From Octopus vulgaris (taxonomy: Eukaryota), in contig OX597815.1 of NCBI GenBank assembly GCA_951406725.2, positions 11,842,001 through 11,906,000 on the forward strand: DNA of 64,000 nucleotides. Reading direction: 5' to 3'. Both the position numbers and the translations under genes were made by a program. Position 1 is the first letter of the stretch; each line of letters starts with the position of its first letter. The notes under the pieces are model-generated. The model saw nothing but the letters and a program-made list of their open reading frames with translations, did not search any database and had not been told where the DNA came from. Positions 29,041-43,250 of this stretch are shown here, one piece after another.

Positions 29041-29299
29041 TATATGTGGAATTTGTAAACAGGTACAATGAGAATGCGTAATAAGGAACCCCATGGCTTA
29101 ATGTGACATAACTCTTAAATAATATGCAAAGATTTAAAAATAATATTTAAATGAAATGAGTATATTTAATTCAGTCATAGAGTATGATCCAATTGAAACT
29201 AGGAGGTTGAAGGTAAGTAGTATTCGAATTTAACTAAAATATTAGTTTAAACTATGAAAATGCTGAATTTTAATGTAATGCACCAATTTCTTCAAGAGA

Positions 29300-29560
29300 T
29301 TTGTCAAGGATATTGAGTGAAAAGGCAAGTTCAAAATTACACCCGTACCCGAACTTTGATAGCATAATGCCTATATTATTATGCTGCAGGCAATTTGGAA
29401 TATATGTTTTTTTGTTTTTTCAACGACCAAATTCTTTCTACAAGAGATGCAACCTTAGCCTTATTACGAATATTGCTATATTTATGAGAGGTGAAACCGA
29501 TGTAGGTAAAATTAGTTACATCACGTCTATAGAAAATATTTTTAGCGAGAAAAAAAAAAT
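29300..29560 (-). mobile_element. Probable PLE GIY-YIG endonuclease remnant
   Basis: Minus ORF contains TYIGFTS and SLVERIWSLKKQK (YIG.T...L...IW.LK pattern). Confidence 0.5.
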
Positions 29561-30169
29561 ATTTACAATTGCTTAATCTAGGATATTTGTGGACATTAGT
29601 ACTTCCCGAGTAATTCCTGGCCGATTCAGAGAGATACTTATTCTCAGATCCGATTGAATTATTCGAATTTTCCAATGTTACATCAGAGACATCGGGGTTA
29701 TTATTAGTAATAATGGCATTACCATTGCAATGGTAGACGTTAAAACAGCTACCTCGATGATAATCTTCGGTTATATTGGAACTGATGCGGGTGTTGTCTG
29801 CATTGGTTATGTCATCTTTAGAGTTAAGTTTTTTTGGTTTTAATAGTCACCGCTGATATTATTGCTGCTACTAGGGCGGTTAGTACTGCTATATATATAC
29901 AGGTAATATAGTTGGAGATTGAAGTATTCGGCTGACAGACAGAGTTACAACTTCTAAGGTCGGCCTACAGACTGCCACAGTCATCATTAATAAAGTGACT
30001 TGATAGTTAATACTATTAACATGGACATCAACATAAGGGTTGTAATTATTATCATTATTATTGTTGTAACCAACACCCCCACAATCCCCATCAACATTAG
30101 TATTAGTTGTAGTGGTATTGTTATTATTATTGATGTTATTATCAATAAATTTATCCCAACCATTGTTAT

Positions 30170-30184
30170 AAGAATAACAATAAC

Positions 30185-30230
<46 letters not shown>

Positions 30231-30253
30231 TTAATTATAATAATAATAATAAC

Positions 30254-30289
<36 letters not shown>

Positions 30290-30324
30290 TATTATTATTA
30301 TTATTATTACTACTATTCTTGTCG

Positions 30325-30406
<82 letters not shown>

Positions 30407-30412
30407 GAGTAG

Positions 30413-30450
<38 letters not shown>

Positions 30451-30478
30451 ATAGTAGTTGTAGTAGTAGTAGCAGTTG
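30170..30478. repeat. (AAT)n-(ATT)n-(AGT)n compound microsatellite
   Basis: Direct repeats with a strand switch near 30288. Confidence 0.95.
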
Positions 30479-30981
30479 TTGAGAACGAAATGCCTATCTT
30501 ACGTTCATTAAAGACACGTTAATCTTTATTGGTTGGTGGTGGTGGGGGGGGTCCTCAAAGGAGACAAATAACTTTTTCAAGAAAATTTCCGGAATAATAT
30601 TGTTTGACCGAGTGGATTAAGCCAGATTACGTCATGATTGCGTGAGTCCTGACGACTTTTGGATTTGCGATGTTTAAATTTGCATGTAAATTTGCAGGGT
30701 ATTATCTAGATTGTTTGTAGCGCTGTGCTTATTCGCAGCGTTATTAATTTTTTTTTTTATGGCCGCCATTGTATTATTACTCTTCATAAAAGTAACGTCA
30801 TTGATTGCCATGTTTGTTATCACCACAATCATTATTATAATTAATATTCAATACTGGGTCTCTCAGTATTACGAATATCAATCCTACCAGTATTAGTGTC
30901 AGTATTAATATTTGTACAATTACTAATGTTCGTTTTTCCCTTTCATCAATAACTTCTTTATGCCTGTGTTGCTGTTGTTGT

Positions 30982-31025
30982 TATCATTACCATCATCATA
31001 ATCATCATCATCGTCGTCGTTGTTG

Positions 31026-31060
<35 letters not shown>

Positions 31061-31231
31061 GTCATCATCATCATCTTCGTCATCATCATCCTCATCATCA
31101 TCATCGTCGTCATCATCATCGTCGTCATCATCATCGTCATCATCGTCATCGTCATCATCATCATCATCATCATCGTCATCATCATCATCGTCATCATCAT
31201 CATCGTCATCATCATCATCATCATCATCGTC

Positions 31232-31263
<32 letters not shown>

Positions 31264-31519
31264 CATCATCATCATTATCATCATCGTCGTCATCATCGTC
31301 ATCATCATCATCGTCGTCATCATCATCATCGTCATCATCATCGTCGTCATCATCATCATCATCGTCATCATCATCATCGTCATCATCATCATCGTCATCA
31401 TCATCATCGTCATCATCATCATCATCCTCATCGTCATCATCATCATCACCATCATCATCATCATCGTCGTCATCATCATCATCATCATCGTCGTCATCAT
31501 CATCGTCATCATCATCATT

Positions 31520-31552
<33 letters not shown>
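30982..31552. repeat. (TCA/TCG)n array, ~570 bp
   Basis: Direct repeats; they explain the poly-D/M/S ORFs. Confidence 0.95.
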
Positions 31553-31556
<4 letters not shown>

Positions 31557-31557
<1 letters not shown>

Positions 31558-31757
31558 GTGACGAGCTGGCAGAATAGTTAATAGTCAGCGGCATTTCGAA
31601 TATCTTTACGTTCTCAGTTCAAATTCCGCTGAGGCCGATTTTCCTTTTCATCGTTTCGTGGGGTCGGTGAAATAAGTACCAGTTGAGCACTGGGTTCGAT
31701 CTAACCGACTACAACTCTCCAGCAAAATGTCAGGCCTCGTGCCTATAGTAGAAAACA
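31557..31757 (+). mobile_element. SINE family B variant ending in (ATT)n
   Basis: GAGCTGGCAGAAT, GTTCAAATTCCGC and AATAAGTACCAGTTGAGCACTGGG. Confidence 0.85.
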
Positions 31758-31772
31758 TTGCTATTATTGTTA

Positions 31773-31905
<133 letters not shown>

Positions 31906-31934
31906 TTATTATTATTATATTATTATTATTATTA

Positions 31935-32530
31935 TTCAGTAGTTTTATTTTTATAGCGTGCTTTCACTTCACTACCGAGCGCAGCTCTGTATGCCTTGGG
32001 TATGTGCTGTGATTTGTTGTGATGCTCTGATGGTCATTGTATGGAAAGTGTTCTGCGTAGGATGTGTGCAGTGCCTAGTAGTGCAATTTTCTGTGTGTTA
32101 TATGTGTTAGTAAGTCCTGGTGTTTTTGTTATGTATTTGTCTGAATATTTTTTTATCATGCCTAATGCACCTACTATGATAGGAATTGTTTCTGTTTTTA
32201 GATTCCACGTTCTGGTTACCTCTATTTCCAGGTCTTTGTATTTTGAAAGTTTCTCCATTTCTTTTAGAGACACGTTGTCATCAGCCGGTATTGATACATC
32301 AATTAGAAAGCATTTTTGTCTTCATGATCTCTGACAACTATATCTGGTCTGTTGGCCTTAATTTCTGTATCTGTGTGTATCGGCATATCCCAGAGTATGG
32401 TTGCTTTCTCGTTTTCTGTGACCTTTTCTGGTGTGTGCCTATACCATCTTTTTTCTGTTGTTATTCCATAATGTTGGCATAGCTTCCAATGTATGTAGGT
32501 TCCAACTCTGTCATGTCTGTGAATATATTC

Positions 32531-32531
<1 letters not shown>
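31935..32531 (-). mobile_element. 5'-truncated R4/Dong-like non-LTR retrotransposon (RLE domain and 3' UTR)
   Basis: EYIHRHDRVG.YIHWKLCQHYG, ILWDMPIHTD.EIKANRPDIV, IDVSIP...EKLSKYKDL and PIIVGALG...ALLGTAHILRR. The 3' end runs into (TAA)n. Confidence 0.9.
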
Positions 32532-32830
<299 letters not shown>

Positions 32831-32834
32831 ACTA

Positions 32835-34800
32835 TTTTCGTCTGGCTCAGGTTTGGTCTTATTCCTGGTAGTAATTATGCGGGTAGTGGCTTTCTACTTG
32901 TAACTCTAGGTATCCACATGCTTTCAGCAATCTTTCACGTACTTAGAACCGTCCTGATAATCCTTGCTGTCCTAAAGAGACAAACGTTCTTTAGGTGCTC
33001 TACTGGACATTCTATTTCGATCTTCTTCAGCTATTTATCATTATGTTTTTATTTCTTCGTCTTCTTCGTCGTCGTGATCGTCATCATCGTCATCATCATC
33101 ATTATCGTCGTCGTCATCATCATCATCATCATCATCTTTTCTCTATTGCATGCTAATGTAGTTAGCAGACGTTTTATCTTGATGCTTGGTGACAATAGTC
33201 TTTATCTTCCGGCTTCTCTTCATAATTAGTACAGCACACTTTTATCTACCCTAAACCGTATTCCAATATCTTTACTAAACACTCCCGTAGTTTCAATCAG
33301 GTAATCCAAGTCTGTCTCACTTTTTGTTTACAATTTCATGCCATCCACATAAATTAGGTGATTGATTTTTATTTCACTTTTCGAAATTCTCAATAAAGCT
33401 TGGATTCTTTTAGTCGTCTTGTTTAATGTTTTAGTGCAATAATAAAGAGCTATAGTGAGAGCTAGACCCCTTAGAAAATGTCCCTGCCTATTTTCATGTT
33501 GCCTAGAAATTTATTTTCACTTGTCGGTTCTAATTCCCAGTTTCATTGCTTATTCCAAAGACTTGTTTATCTTCACATTGACTCCGAGCGTCCTTAGTTA
33601 AATTCTTCTTCTTTACTTATACGTCATTTAATATCATATAAACTATATTTTGCAGATCAGCAGTTCCCCTTGATTCCCTTCAACAATCTTTTGGTTCATC
33701 TGGCAATAGTTTCTCCTTCTCCAGAAAATCATACACTTCATCTGCTATGAGAGCCATTAATAATTTCCAGAGTAAAGGTAAGCAAGTAATGGATCTATAA
33801 TACTGACTTCCCTCTCTTTTCCTTTTCTCTCTGTATCAGCATTGTATTGTCCTTCCTTTTGTAATTTTTATGATGTCATCTTTCCTTGTTCAGTGGTTTA
33901 TAGAATTTTGTTTTGAGGTACTAGAAGAGCCTATTCAGTTGGTACTGATTGTCCACTGGTACCTGTTGTCTTACCTGGCACTGCTTTGTTCATTTGTCTT
34001 AATTCCTTTTTACCTTCTTGCAGCCCTTTTTGCCTCATGTACATCCTTTGCAGTTCATTCCACGTGTTTCCTCCATACACGTATTTTCATTTATTGAATG
34101 TAATGACTCTTGTAGTCTCTCTTGGGCTGATCAATTTTATTCTGAAGCCTTCGTTCCCCCCATGAGATTTTCTTTCACATGTCACCCCAAGAGTTTGCAC
34201 AGCCATAAGGGCTGGTCTGTATAAATAGTCGCTTAAAACTGTTACGTTTTTAAAGTAAATTTTGGTTAATAGTTCGACCGTCTCTTTCAATACTTTATAT
34301 AGTCTTCCACCTGCAATTCTTCTCAGAGCTGGTAACCTCTTTATTCGATATTTCGTGTCTCATTCAGGTGTAGCAGTAAGTTTTTTCTTCCTCTCTAACA
34401 GTCATCCATGCCACAAAGTAGAATTCAGCATCATTCGTGAAGTTGTTTCTTCAGTGATTGGTCATTGGTCCCACTGCTAAGTTTTGCTCTTGTTCTGTAT
34501 TTTGCTCTTCGTGCGCAGCGATGTCACGTTCACACTTTTTCACATATATGGAGATCTCCTCTAGTTCCAATTGGAATAATCACAGGTTTTCACGAGTAAG
34601 GTTTTTTGGTCTAATATGTTTGCTCCGTGATAAGGAACTTGGCCTTATCTGTCCAAATTTTATGCATTTTCTTCAAGTATTCTAGGCTCACTTCTGTAAT
34701 AGCACCTCGTTGTAGTTCTATTGTTGCATTGAGTCCATTTTCTCTTAACCTCTATTGCAGTATTTAGATAACAACTAGGCCCACCCTTCCGTGCTGGGGA
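32835..34800 (-). mobile_element. Older, heavily decayed R4/Dong-like LINE (N-terminal, RT and C-terminal remnants)
   Basis: Minus-strand YRSITCLPLLWKLL, INHLIYVDGMKL (cf. INHLLYMDDLKL) and RTARIIRTVLS. Confidence 0.8.
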
Positions 34801-35076
34801 TCACGTGCCGTGCGAAAGATATTCACACAGGATTTGGGTCTCATGAAATCAGGTGTGATGATTTGTACTTCGATTACACACATAAAGTGGGATGTGTTCA
34901 AGAAATGTCACAAGCGCCAGTATTTTTATTGAGAAAGCCAAAGCTAAAGGGAGCCTCATCCCTCTAATGCAAATTTTCAAGGTACAATGTTCTTTCTTCG
35001 AGTTGATATTGTGGGAACATACATTATAAAGATTATGAATATATTTACTTTTCCTGTTCTGTAGCTTAGGACTTCT

Positions 35077-35325
35077 TTAACATTTACATTTATTATTACT
35101 ATTGCATATAATTGTTTTTCTGTTTGTATTTATTTGCTTATTCATGCTATACTCTATTATATGATCTCTCTTTTCACTAGTCGCATAAAAATAGCTGGTG
35201 TTTTGTTTATACCCTGCTTTTATTAAGACTTCACTATAGTGATAAGCATAGGCGTCAAAGATATTCTTATTAGAAGACTGATGTGATATTCTATTTGAGA
35301 TGCCATTTGATAATGAGATTATCAT
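35077..35325 (-). mobile_element. PLE RT thumb-region remnant
   Basis: ISNRISHQSSNKNIF...YSEVLIKAGY resembles the PLE I..R.S..SS....F...Y..AL..SGY motif. Confidence 0.65.
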
Positions 35326-35337
35326 GAGTGTGCGTTT

Positions 35338-35357
35338 TATTATTTATTTATTAATAC

Positions 35358-35429
<72 letters not shown>

Positions 35430-35470
35430 CGTAATCATTATTATTATTATCATTATTATTATTATCGTTA

Positions 35471-35549
<79 letters not shown>

Positions 35550-35554
35550 CGTTA

Positions 35555-35607
<53 letters not shown>

Positions 35608-35608
35608 G
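35338..35608. repeat. (ATT)n microsatellite
   Basis: Direct repeats. Confidence 0.95.
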
Positions 35609-36389
35609 GAAAGCGATTTACATAAGTCATTGTCTCAGCTGGTTTCTGATCAGAGTAAAATAGTACTTATATAAGATTGAAAGTTACAGCTAAAATGTTT
35701 GCAACTATAAGATTGTATTCAAAATTAGTATCCACACTGTGGATTTAAAAAAAGAATGCTCTTTGTTTCTTCCTAGTTTTCTCACTGCATGCTTTGCTCT
35801 TTCTATGGATAATAAATACCGCGTCCTCCCTCTATAGCTCTCCAGCTAAATTAAGAAAAGATTCATGCAAACAGTATAGCATATAGATACTAACAAAATC
35901 AATGATCTGAGCAGAGGCACTACATTCCATGGTGATACACAATTGTTCAGTCTGTCTTTTCCATTATTCCCCACTCAAACTGTACAACTGTAGATCTAGT
36001 GAGGAGAATAAAACCTATCCGATCCTTAATGAGAGAAAAGGTATTTTAGCGAATATTAAGGTTTTGTTAAAAAGTAAGGAGGAAATGCTAGAGTAATAAG
36101 AACTAATATCAAAATGAAAGATGTAGTACCTATTTTTGTTCACTATATATGAGAGCCGTCGTATGATGTCGTTGGTATAAGCAATTAGATTAAAATAGAG
36201 CAGAGAAAAAAGACGAGGAACAGCTTTGTCCAAACAATTTTTGCTTAAATGTGCAGTGTCTGACACATTGGAGCAAATCAACATCAATGAAGGGTTCTCT
36301 TTGAAGTTGTCTCTGGAGTTGTCATTTAAGTTCCTTAGTTCTAAAAGTTTCAGTACGATCCTCTGACTTCAGTATACCACAATGGGACA

Positions 36390-36964
36390 ATTGTCCTTAT
36401 GTTTTAGTAAGGATTTCCTACGATCACGGACCAAGCAACCGCTGTTATCTTATTACTTTGGAATTCCCTTAGATCCTCGACGAATTGGTAACTACTGATA
36501 TTCTTGATAAAAGATATTTTAAAATGTTCTCTTTCTCTAGTTAGCTTACGGTGGAATCTTTACTCAATAGCCTACGATACACATGCTTAGATATTCTAGA
36601 AACAGCTGTAAGGTATTTTATATATTTACTATAAAGTTCTTGCACAATGTTTAAAACATAAATTAAATTCACTAGGGGGATAGAACATGTTTACTTGTTC
36701 ATTTTCTATTTCTAATATATATGTCTACCCGCTTTACGATGGACCACTTCTAGACATATTTGATAAATAGCTTGAATTCCACATATTTCAGTTTTTGCTC
36801 AAGCCAGAATTTTAATCGTAACCCAAACCGAGCACTCAGAGTACGTATTTATATATATGTCCTTATGTTTTAGTATGGATTCCCTACGATCATGGACCTA
36901 GGACACAGGTAGTAAAAATTCCTAAAATATTTGTTACCCTGATATTATTAATTATATATATATG

Positions 36965-36995
<31 letters not shown>

Positions 36996-37002
36996 TTATA
37001 AA

Positions 37003-37037
<35 letters not shown>

Positions 37038-37171
37038 ATGTATATTCTACAATCAACATTTGTTTCAGTAGCGTGTTGACATGCCATATGTACAAAGGTG
37101 GGGAAAAATTAATAATACTGTCATGTTATGTCTTAATGATCATATATATATACACATGCACACACACACAT

Positions 37172-37234
<63 letters not shown>

Positions 37235-37535
37235 GGTACGTACTATGAGTGGTTCGGACTTTAGCTGTATCTTCTAGCGTGAAAGGAATCCTATGAAGAA
37301 TACTTGTTATGTGTTTAAATGTACACTGTATTTATATGAATAATACATAGTCTATTGACTAATTTTTCTAGACGCTAGGCCACAGGTAGTAAAAATTTCT
37401 AAAATATTTATTACCCTGATATTATTAATTATATTTATATATATATATATTCTACAATCAACATTTGTTTCAATAGCGTGTTGACATGTCATATGTACTC
37501 ACGAAACATGGAAGAAATTAATAATAGCGTCCTGT
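36390..37535 (+). repeat. Diverged partial tandem duplication
   Basis: TGTCCTTATGTTTTAGTA.GGAT..CCTACGATCA.GGACC occurs at ~36392 and ~36858. CACAGGTAGTAAAAATT...ACCCTGATATTATT and TATTCTACAATCAACATTTG blocks are repeated between 36900-37135 and 37375-37530. Confidence 0.8.
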
Positions 37536-38059
37536 TATATATGTCCTTATTATGTTTTTTATGATTATATGAATGAAATTTTATATTCATCTATGTTTCT
37601 CTCCAAAATTATGAGTCGTATGAATATGAACAAGTATACAATTATACTTAGAAATTTATTCCGAAAGTACAAGATATATAATCACTAAAATTATACATTA
37701 TATTTTCATTATAAATTTCTTAATGTAAAATGATATGTTACGACAAACTCTTCCATTATAACTAATGTATGATTTAAGCATAGCTTTTTTTTCGTTGCTA
37801 TATTGCGAGTTTGTGACAACTAATTTAGCATTTACTTATAATATGATTTTGTTTATCCCGTTTTAGGAGGTATACAGATGAGAATAAATGACGTAGCAAT
37901 GGATCACCTAACCAGCTCAAACAATTGAACAAAAATGCAGTGCTCGACTCTGAACAACGTAGAGCAACTAGCCCCGACAAGAAAGTGTTCTGAAAATATG
38001 TATGTTTGAAGCAGAGACCTCACTCTCTAGTTAGCTTTCTTTAGAATCCCCACACATGT

Positions 38060-39570
38060 AAGATCACAGATGATCCCAATGAATACGCTGAACCGATTGC
38101 TCTATGCTATTCTGGCATTTTTACTATTGAAAATCCAGGTGTACTTTCTTCGTCAAGTTGTATAACATTTGTAAAATTCACACCCGCAACGCTGCGACAC
38201 TACCTCAAAAAGCCCAGTGTTTACTCCCTCAACAACATTAATCTTAAAACTTTTGTAAGTGAACGTGACCTGGGTATTATTGTAAACAGCGAATTGCGTT
38301 GGACATACCACATCTCTAAGATTGTCAAAAAGGCAAGGGATGTCTTAACATCACTCAGTACGCTCTTCAGTTTTCTATTTAAAGCTGTATATGACTATGG
38401 TACACCCACACTTAGAGTTTGCATCACCAGTTTGGAACCTTTATCTTGGTCAGCATATTGATCTCTCTTTTACTCTTTTACTCTTTTACTCATTTGACTG
38501 CGGCCATGCTGGAGCACCGCCTTTAATCGAGCAACTCGACCCCGGGACTTATTCTTTTGTAAGCGAAGTACTTATTCTATCGGTCTCTTTTGCCGAACCG
38601 TTAAGTGACGGGGACATAAACACACCAGCATCGGTTGTCAAGCAATGCTAAGGGGACAAACACAAACACACAAACACACACACACACATATACATATATA
38701 CATATATACGACGGGCTTCTTTCAGTTTCTGTGTACCAAATCCACTCACAAGGCTTTGGTCGGCCCGAGGCTATAGCAGAAGACATTTGCCCAAGGTGCC
38801 ACGCAGTGGGACTGAACCCGGAACCATGTGGTTGGTAAACAAGCTACTTACCACACAGTCACTCCTGCGCCTGCAAACCGTTCAGATCGCCTGCAAACCG
38901 TTCAGAAATGTGCAACCAAACGAATATCTGTTGTCAGACATCTGTCATACTCTGAACGTCTTGCCTTGGTGGGTGGGGGCACATTAAAGCTCCCATGACT
39001 GGCAACAAACTTGGCAAACACCCACAAGATTATCCACTATCGCTCCAACAACAGTTTTATTCACCTCTTTGAATTCCATATGTCAAACCCTCGTGGAAAT
39101 GCTGTATTTCACTGAATTGACCATGAAGGTTGTACATAGATAAATGTAGCTGCGGGCTGGACAGGGACATTAATGTGTATGAAAAGGACAAAGATGGTAA
39201 AAACTGGGAGGGGCACCGGCGCCCGCCGACCGGTAACCCCTCGAAATCACTGTTCAATTTAAATCTATATAAAACAAAATTATAATCACAATTACAATTG
39301 CAATTGCAAAAGTATATTTTTGATTATTCTTCGTCTTCCTCATCTTCGCGGATATGCTTACAAATTAAAAAAAACAACACAGCACCTATGACTTTCGGAA
39401 ACATTTTTTCATGCTCAGAATTGTTGAAGGATAGAATAAACAACCTGCATCAGTTTTAACTGTTGTGACACTACAACCTTCAAAACTTCCATACTTCCTG
39501 AAATTCGTCACCACGACACCAACATTTTTTCCTCTAGTTGTTGTGCATCTGAGCACTGCATACCAGAATT
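38060..39570 (+). mobile_element. CR1-clade LINE 3' fragment, interrupted
   Basis: SERDLGIIVNSELRWTYHISKIVKKA, LYMTMVHPHLEFASPVWN, RLQTVQKCATK and RKHFFMLRIVEG*NKQP. Confidence 0.85.
38463..38871 (-). mobile_element. SINE family A inserted in the CR1 LINE
   Basis: Full reverse-complement copy splitting the LINE frame between QHID and RLQTVQ. Confidence 0.93.
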
Positions 39571-40659
39571 TCAATTATTAAGTTATTATATTACACTGAT
39601 TTATTTAAAGTATCAATCGTTTTATAAAGTGACACATTATTTACATTTAATATATCTATTGTCAAAATGATGATATGAAAGTTAGTACCTTTGAAGTGAG
39701 GGTTTCGTTATTATTTACGAAACTAATGAATAGTGCAGAACTTTATTATGTCTATAAACGTATACTGAATGTATGTATTGCGTAGATGTATTCCGGTTGG
39801 TAAAATATCGATTTGAATGTACTGAGTGCAAAATTTGATATCATTCGATTTTGAGGATTACAGAGGATAAATAAAATATATTGTATCGAACGTTTTCCCT
39901 ATGGTGTTTGCTGCATTGAAATAACTATTTTTCCTTTAATTTTGTCTTTTTCTCTGAACTAAAATTCAGGTACTTTACCTTCGGTTGCGGAATATTATAA
40001 CACATTTGGGCGAATGATTTAGTCTAACATACTGAACTAAGTGCATCGCTGCTACCTTAATTTATTGGGAAAAAGGGTAGAAAGATAAAGTTGAATGTTA
40101 AAGTATATATTATAAAGCACGAGCATGAATTATGCATATCGATTTGTCCGATGGAAACAATTCCTCTAAACCACCATGGCCTTACTTTGATTTAAAATTC
40201 AGATTTTCACTGCCGAGATTATACATACTATTATACACGAACTCATCGATATATAATACATAGAAACACACACACACACACAAGCATGCGCACGCAAGCA
40301 TAACACGCACACACACACACACACACACGCACACACAGACACAAGCACAGAGACACACACATACACATACATATACATATGGTTGCGTTTGGTGCAATAA
40401 CTCAATACAGTTATACACACACGCGTACACACACAAGCATTTATACATGTGTATATTCTTTCTAGTGAGAAATATTCAATCGAATTATAACACTATCTTA
40501 ATAAATATTCCAGCCTAAGATCTGCATTTATTTTGCACCGCTGAAGAATGCATTCAGTTCAGCAGCATAAAGTAGAAAACTCCTATCTCGAAAATCACAA
40601 CTATTACTTGTATAGATAATTCATAATGGCATTATAATTCCACTTTAAATAAACTTACA

Positions 40660-41264
40660 CAGATCAACGGTGGAGGCCTTTAAATATGGTTTCTGATTAT
40701 AAATATCTTGGGTCATACATATCATCATCTGGAAAAGACTTTCTAACTAGAAAGGGCATGGCCTGGTCAGCCTGTAATTACATGCATAAGATCTGGTCAT
40801 CGAATCTAAGTAGAGACTTCACACGTGAAATATTCAAAGCCACAGTCGAACCAATGCTACTATATAGCTCAGAAACCTGGACGTTATCAAAGAAGCTTGA
40901 GAGGCGGTTGGATGGAACCTACACTCGCCTCCTTATGAGAGCTCAAAATCTCTCGTGGAGGCGCCATTCAACCAAAATGCAAATATATGGGAAACTACCA
41001 CCTGTGTCATCTCTTGTGAAAGGTAGGAGAGTCCAGTTTGCTGGACATTGTTGTAGAGCTGAAAAAGAAGTAATTTCTACTCTTCTCCTCTGGAAGCCAT
41101 CTACTCGCAATACCAGAGGGCGCACACTCTCCTACCCTGATGTAATCTCCAGGAATACAGGCATCCAGCAACAGGACCTCCGTAATGCTATGATGGACCG
41201 TGAAGTCTGGTGTAACATAGTAAATTCCATTGTCTCGACCACGGTCGAACAATGATGATGATGA
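40660..41264 (+). mobile_element. 5'-truncated RTE-group LINE 3' end with open C-terminal frame and (TGA)n tail
   Basis: ORF 40686-41255: YKYLGS, FKATVEPMLLYSSETWTL, RRVQFAGHC and AMMDREVW, ending in TGATGATGATGA. Confidence 0.9.
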
Positions 41265-41885
41265 AAAGCGTCCACTTAACAGCTGATGATGTTGATACCA
41301 AACATTGTGTTAGATATACCGATCACAGTGAAATCAATGAGAGAAAGACAGAGAAAGAATGAGTGTGTGAGAAAGACAGAGTGAGACACTCACACGGACA
41401 GACAGAGAGAGAGAGAGAGAGAGAGAGAGTAAGAGAGAGAAAGGAGACATGACATTGAACATAATTATATACGGAGAGGGTGACGGACAGCCAATGACAG
41501 GACGCACGAAGAATAATTATAAAGTTTGCTTGTCGAATATCAGTTCCTATTTTATTTTTGCAGCACACTTTACTGTATAGTTCCATCGCTTTCAACATCC
41601 ACCAAATCTCCGCATTTGTTCAAACACAAAGAGTTAGAGAGAAGAAGCAGGAATATCCTAGTGAACTCGTGCCGAGATCATAACTTCTATTATTTGTCAT
41701 TTTCTGTTCAAATTCTATAACTTGAGGTAGGACAATGACTTTCCTGTGTTACGTTTATGTATTTGTTTTGCAAAATTCCTGATGTGAAATCGTGTATTCA
41801 AATATATCGTTATATTTTGGAATGGTAATATTTTGTTTCTTGCCAAATAAACACGCGCACTATATATTCGTTCTTCACTTGTTTA

Positions 41886-42365
41886 CAGTTCTATATTTAA
41901 GAGATGAGGAAATATGTACATTATTTACATCATTTACAACTGACGGATATTTGTCCCCATCTTGTTTATTGTTAACACAACGTTTCGGCTGATATACACC
42001 CCAGCCTTTATCAGGTGTCTTGAGGAAATTTCGATTTCGAATCAGGGTTCTCATTCCTAAGGTGGTTTTCGATGTTTTTATGCCACGGGCATATGGCGTA
42101 GTGGTTAAGAGCGCGGGCTAGTAACCCTAAGATTCCGAGATCGATTCCAGGCAGTGAAGTGAATAATAATAATAAAAATAATATTATTATTATTATTATT
42201 ATTATTGACAAAACATCGAAAAATACCTAAGGAATGAGAAGCCAGGTTCGAAATTTCCCCAAGACACCTTATGAAGGCTGGAGGATATATCAGCCCAATC
42301 GTTGTGTTAACAATAAACAAGATGACGACAAATATCCCTCAAATGTAAATAATGTAAATAATGTT
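41886..42365. mobile_element. Palindromic PLE pLTR pair with central tRNA-like segment and two decayed HHRs
   Basis: ~155-bp inverted arms at 41917-42076 and 42210-42365. HHR-like on minus 41971-42021 (ACAC-CTGATAA-AGGCTG..CAGCC-GAAACGTT-GTGT) and on plus 42261-42310. Confidence 0.8.
42087..42158 (+). promoter_or_regulatory. tRNA-derived segment with Pol III A and B boxes
   Basis: A-box TGGCGTAGTGG and B-box-like GAGATCGATTCC with tRNA-like spacing. The acceptor stem is imperfect, so this is not a functional tRNA gene. Confidence 0.7.
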
Positions 42366-42847
42366 GATTTGTTTATTATTGTTCTTATTTTATGTCCATT
42401 GTCTGGAAATCTTTAGTTACACATCTTGTGGCCTCTTCAGCTACTCTCCATCCCTCGATTCTCATTCTGTTTCGTTTAGATCATTGGTATGTGGCTTTTA
42501 ATGGTGCGGACTAAACAAAAAGATGAAGACACGTGCGATAGAGAGTTGCTGAAAAGGTCATAGGGTGTGTGACGAAATATATAGGATAAACACAATAATA
42601 AACAAATAAAGAATAAATATAAATAGTGCGTGTGTTTATTTGGCAAGAAACAATGACCGTCCCGAAATATGAAATAGACTTTAGCATGTCATGTTGAATT
42701 ATAGCAGCACAAGTTATGAATACACTAACTTCAAAGGACAATAGAGCTCGTTGTACGTCTGAACGATGTAATTGTCAAAGCTAGAAAGTATATAGTCAGT
42801 TGAAAGTGTGAAAGCCTACATAGTTGTAAGAAATATGCCGTATTATA

Positions 42848-43250
42848 GGCGCATGAGTGGCTGTGTGGTAAGTAGCTTGCTTACCAACCACATGGTTCCG
42901 GGTTCAGTCCCACTGCGTGGCATCTTGGGTTAGTGTCTTCTGCTATAGCCCCGGGCCGACCAATGCCTTGTGAGTGGATTTGGTAGACGGAAACTGAAAG
43001 AAGCCTGTCGTATATATGTATACGTGTGTGCGTATATGTTTGTGTGTCTGTGTTTGTCCCCCTAGCATTGCTTAACAACCGATGCTGGTGTGTTTACGTC
43101 CCCGTCACTTTGCGGTTCGGCAAAAAAGACCGATAGAATAAGTACTGGGCTTACAAAGAATAAGTCCCGGGGTCGATTTGCTCGACTAAAGGCGGTGCTC
43201 CAGCATGGCCACAGTCAAATGACTGAAACATGTAATAGAGTAAAAAGAGT
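42848..43250 (+). mobile_element. SINE family A
   Basis: Full-length collinear copy. Confidence 0.93.

Larger units (their letters stand above)
41790..42690. mobile_element. Fold-back MITE-like element interrupted at 41886-42365
   Basis: 41795-41885 plus 42366-42482 is a diverged reverse complement of ~42505-42690 (e.g. TTGTTTCTTGCCAAATAAACAC / GTGTTTATTTGGCAAGAAACAA). Confidence 0.7.

Noticed and set aside
30923-31594. 223-aa poly-Asp ORF resembling an acidic biomineral protein
   Set aside because: Pure (GAT/GAC)n open in several frames, starting inside a SINE; no signal peptide.
42087-42158. Functional tRNA gene
   Set aside because: Acceptor and T stems are imperfect and it is embedded in a repeat; treated as tRNA-derived.
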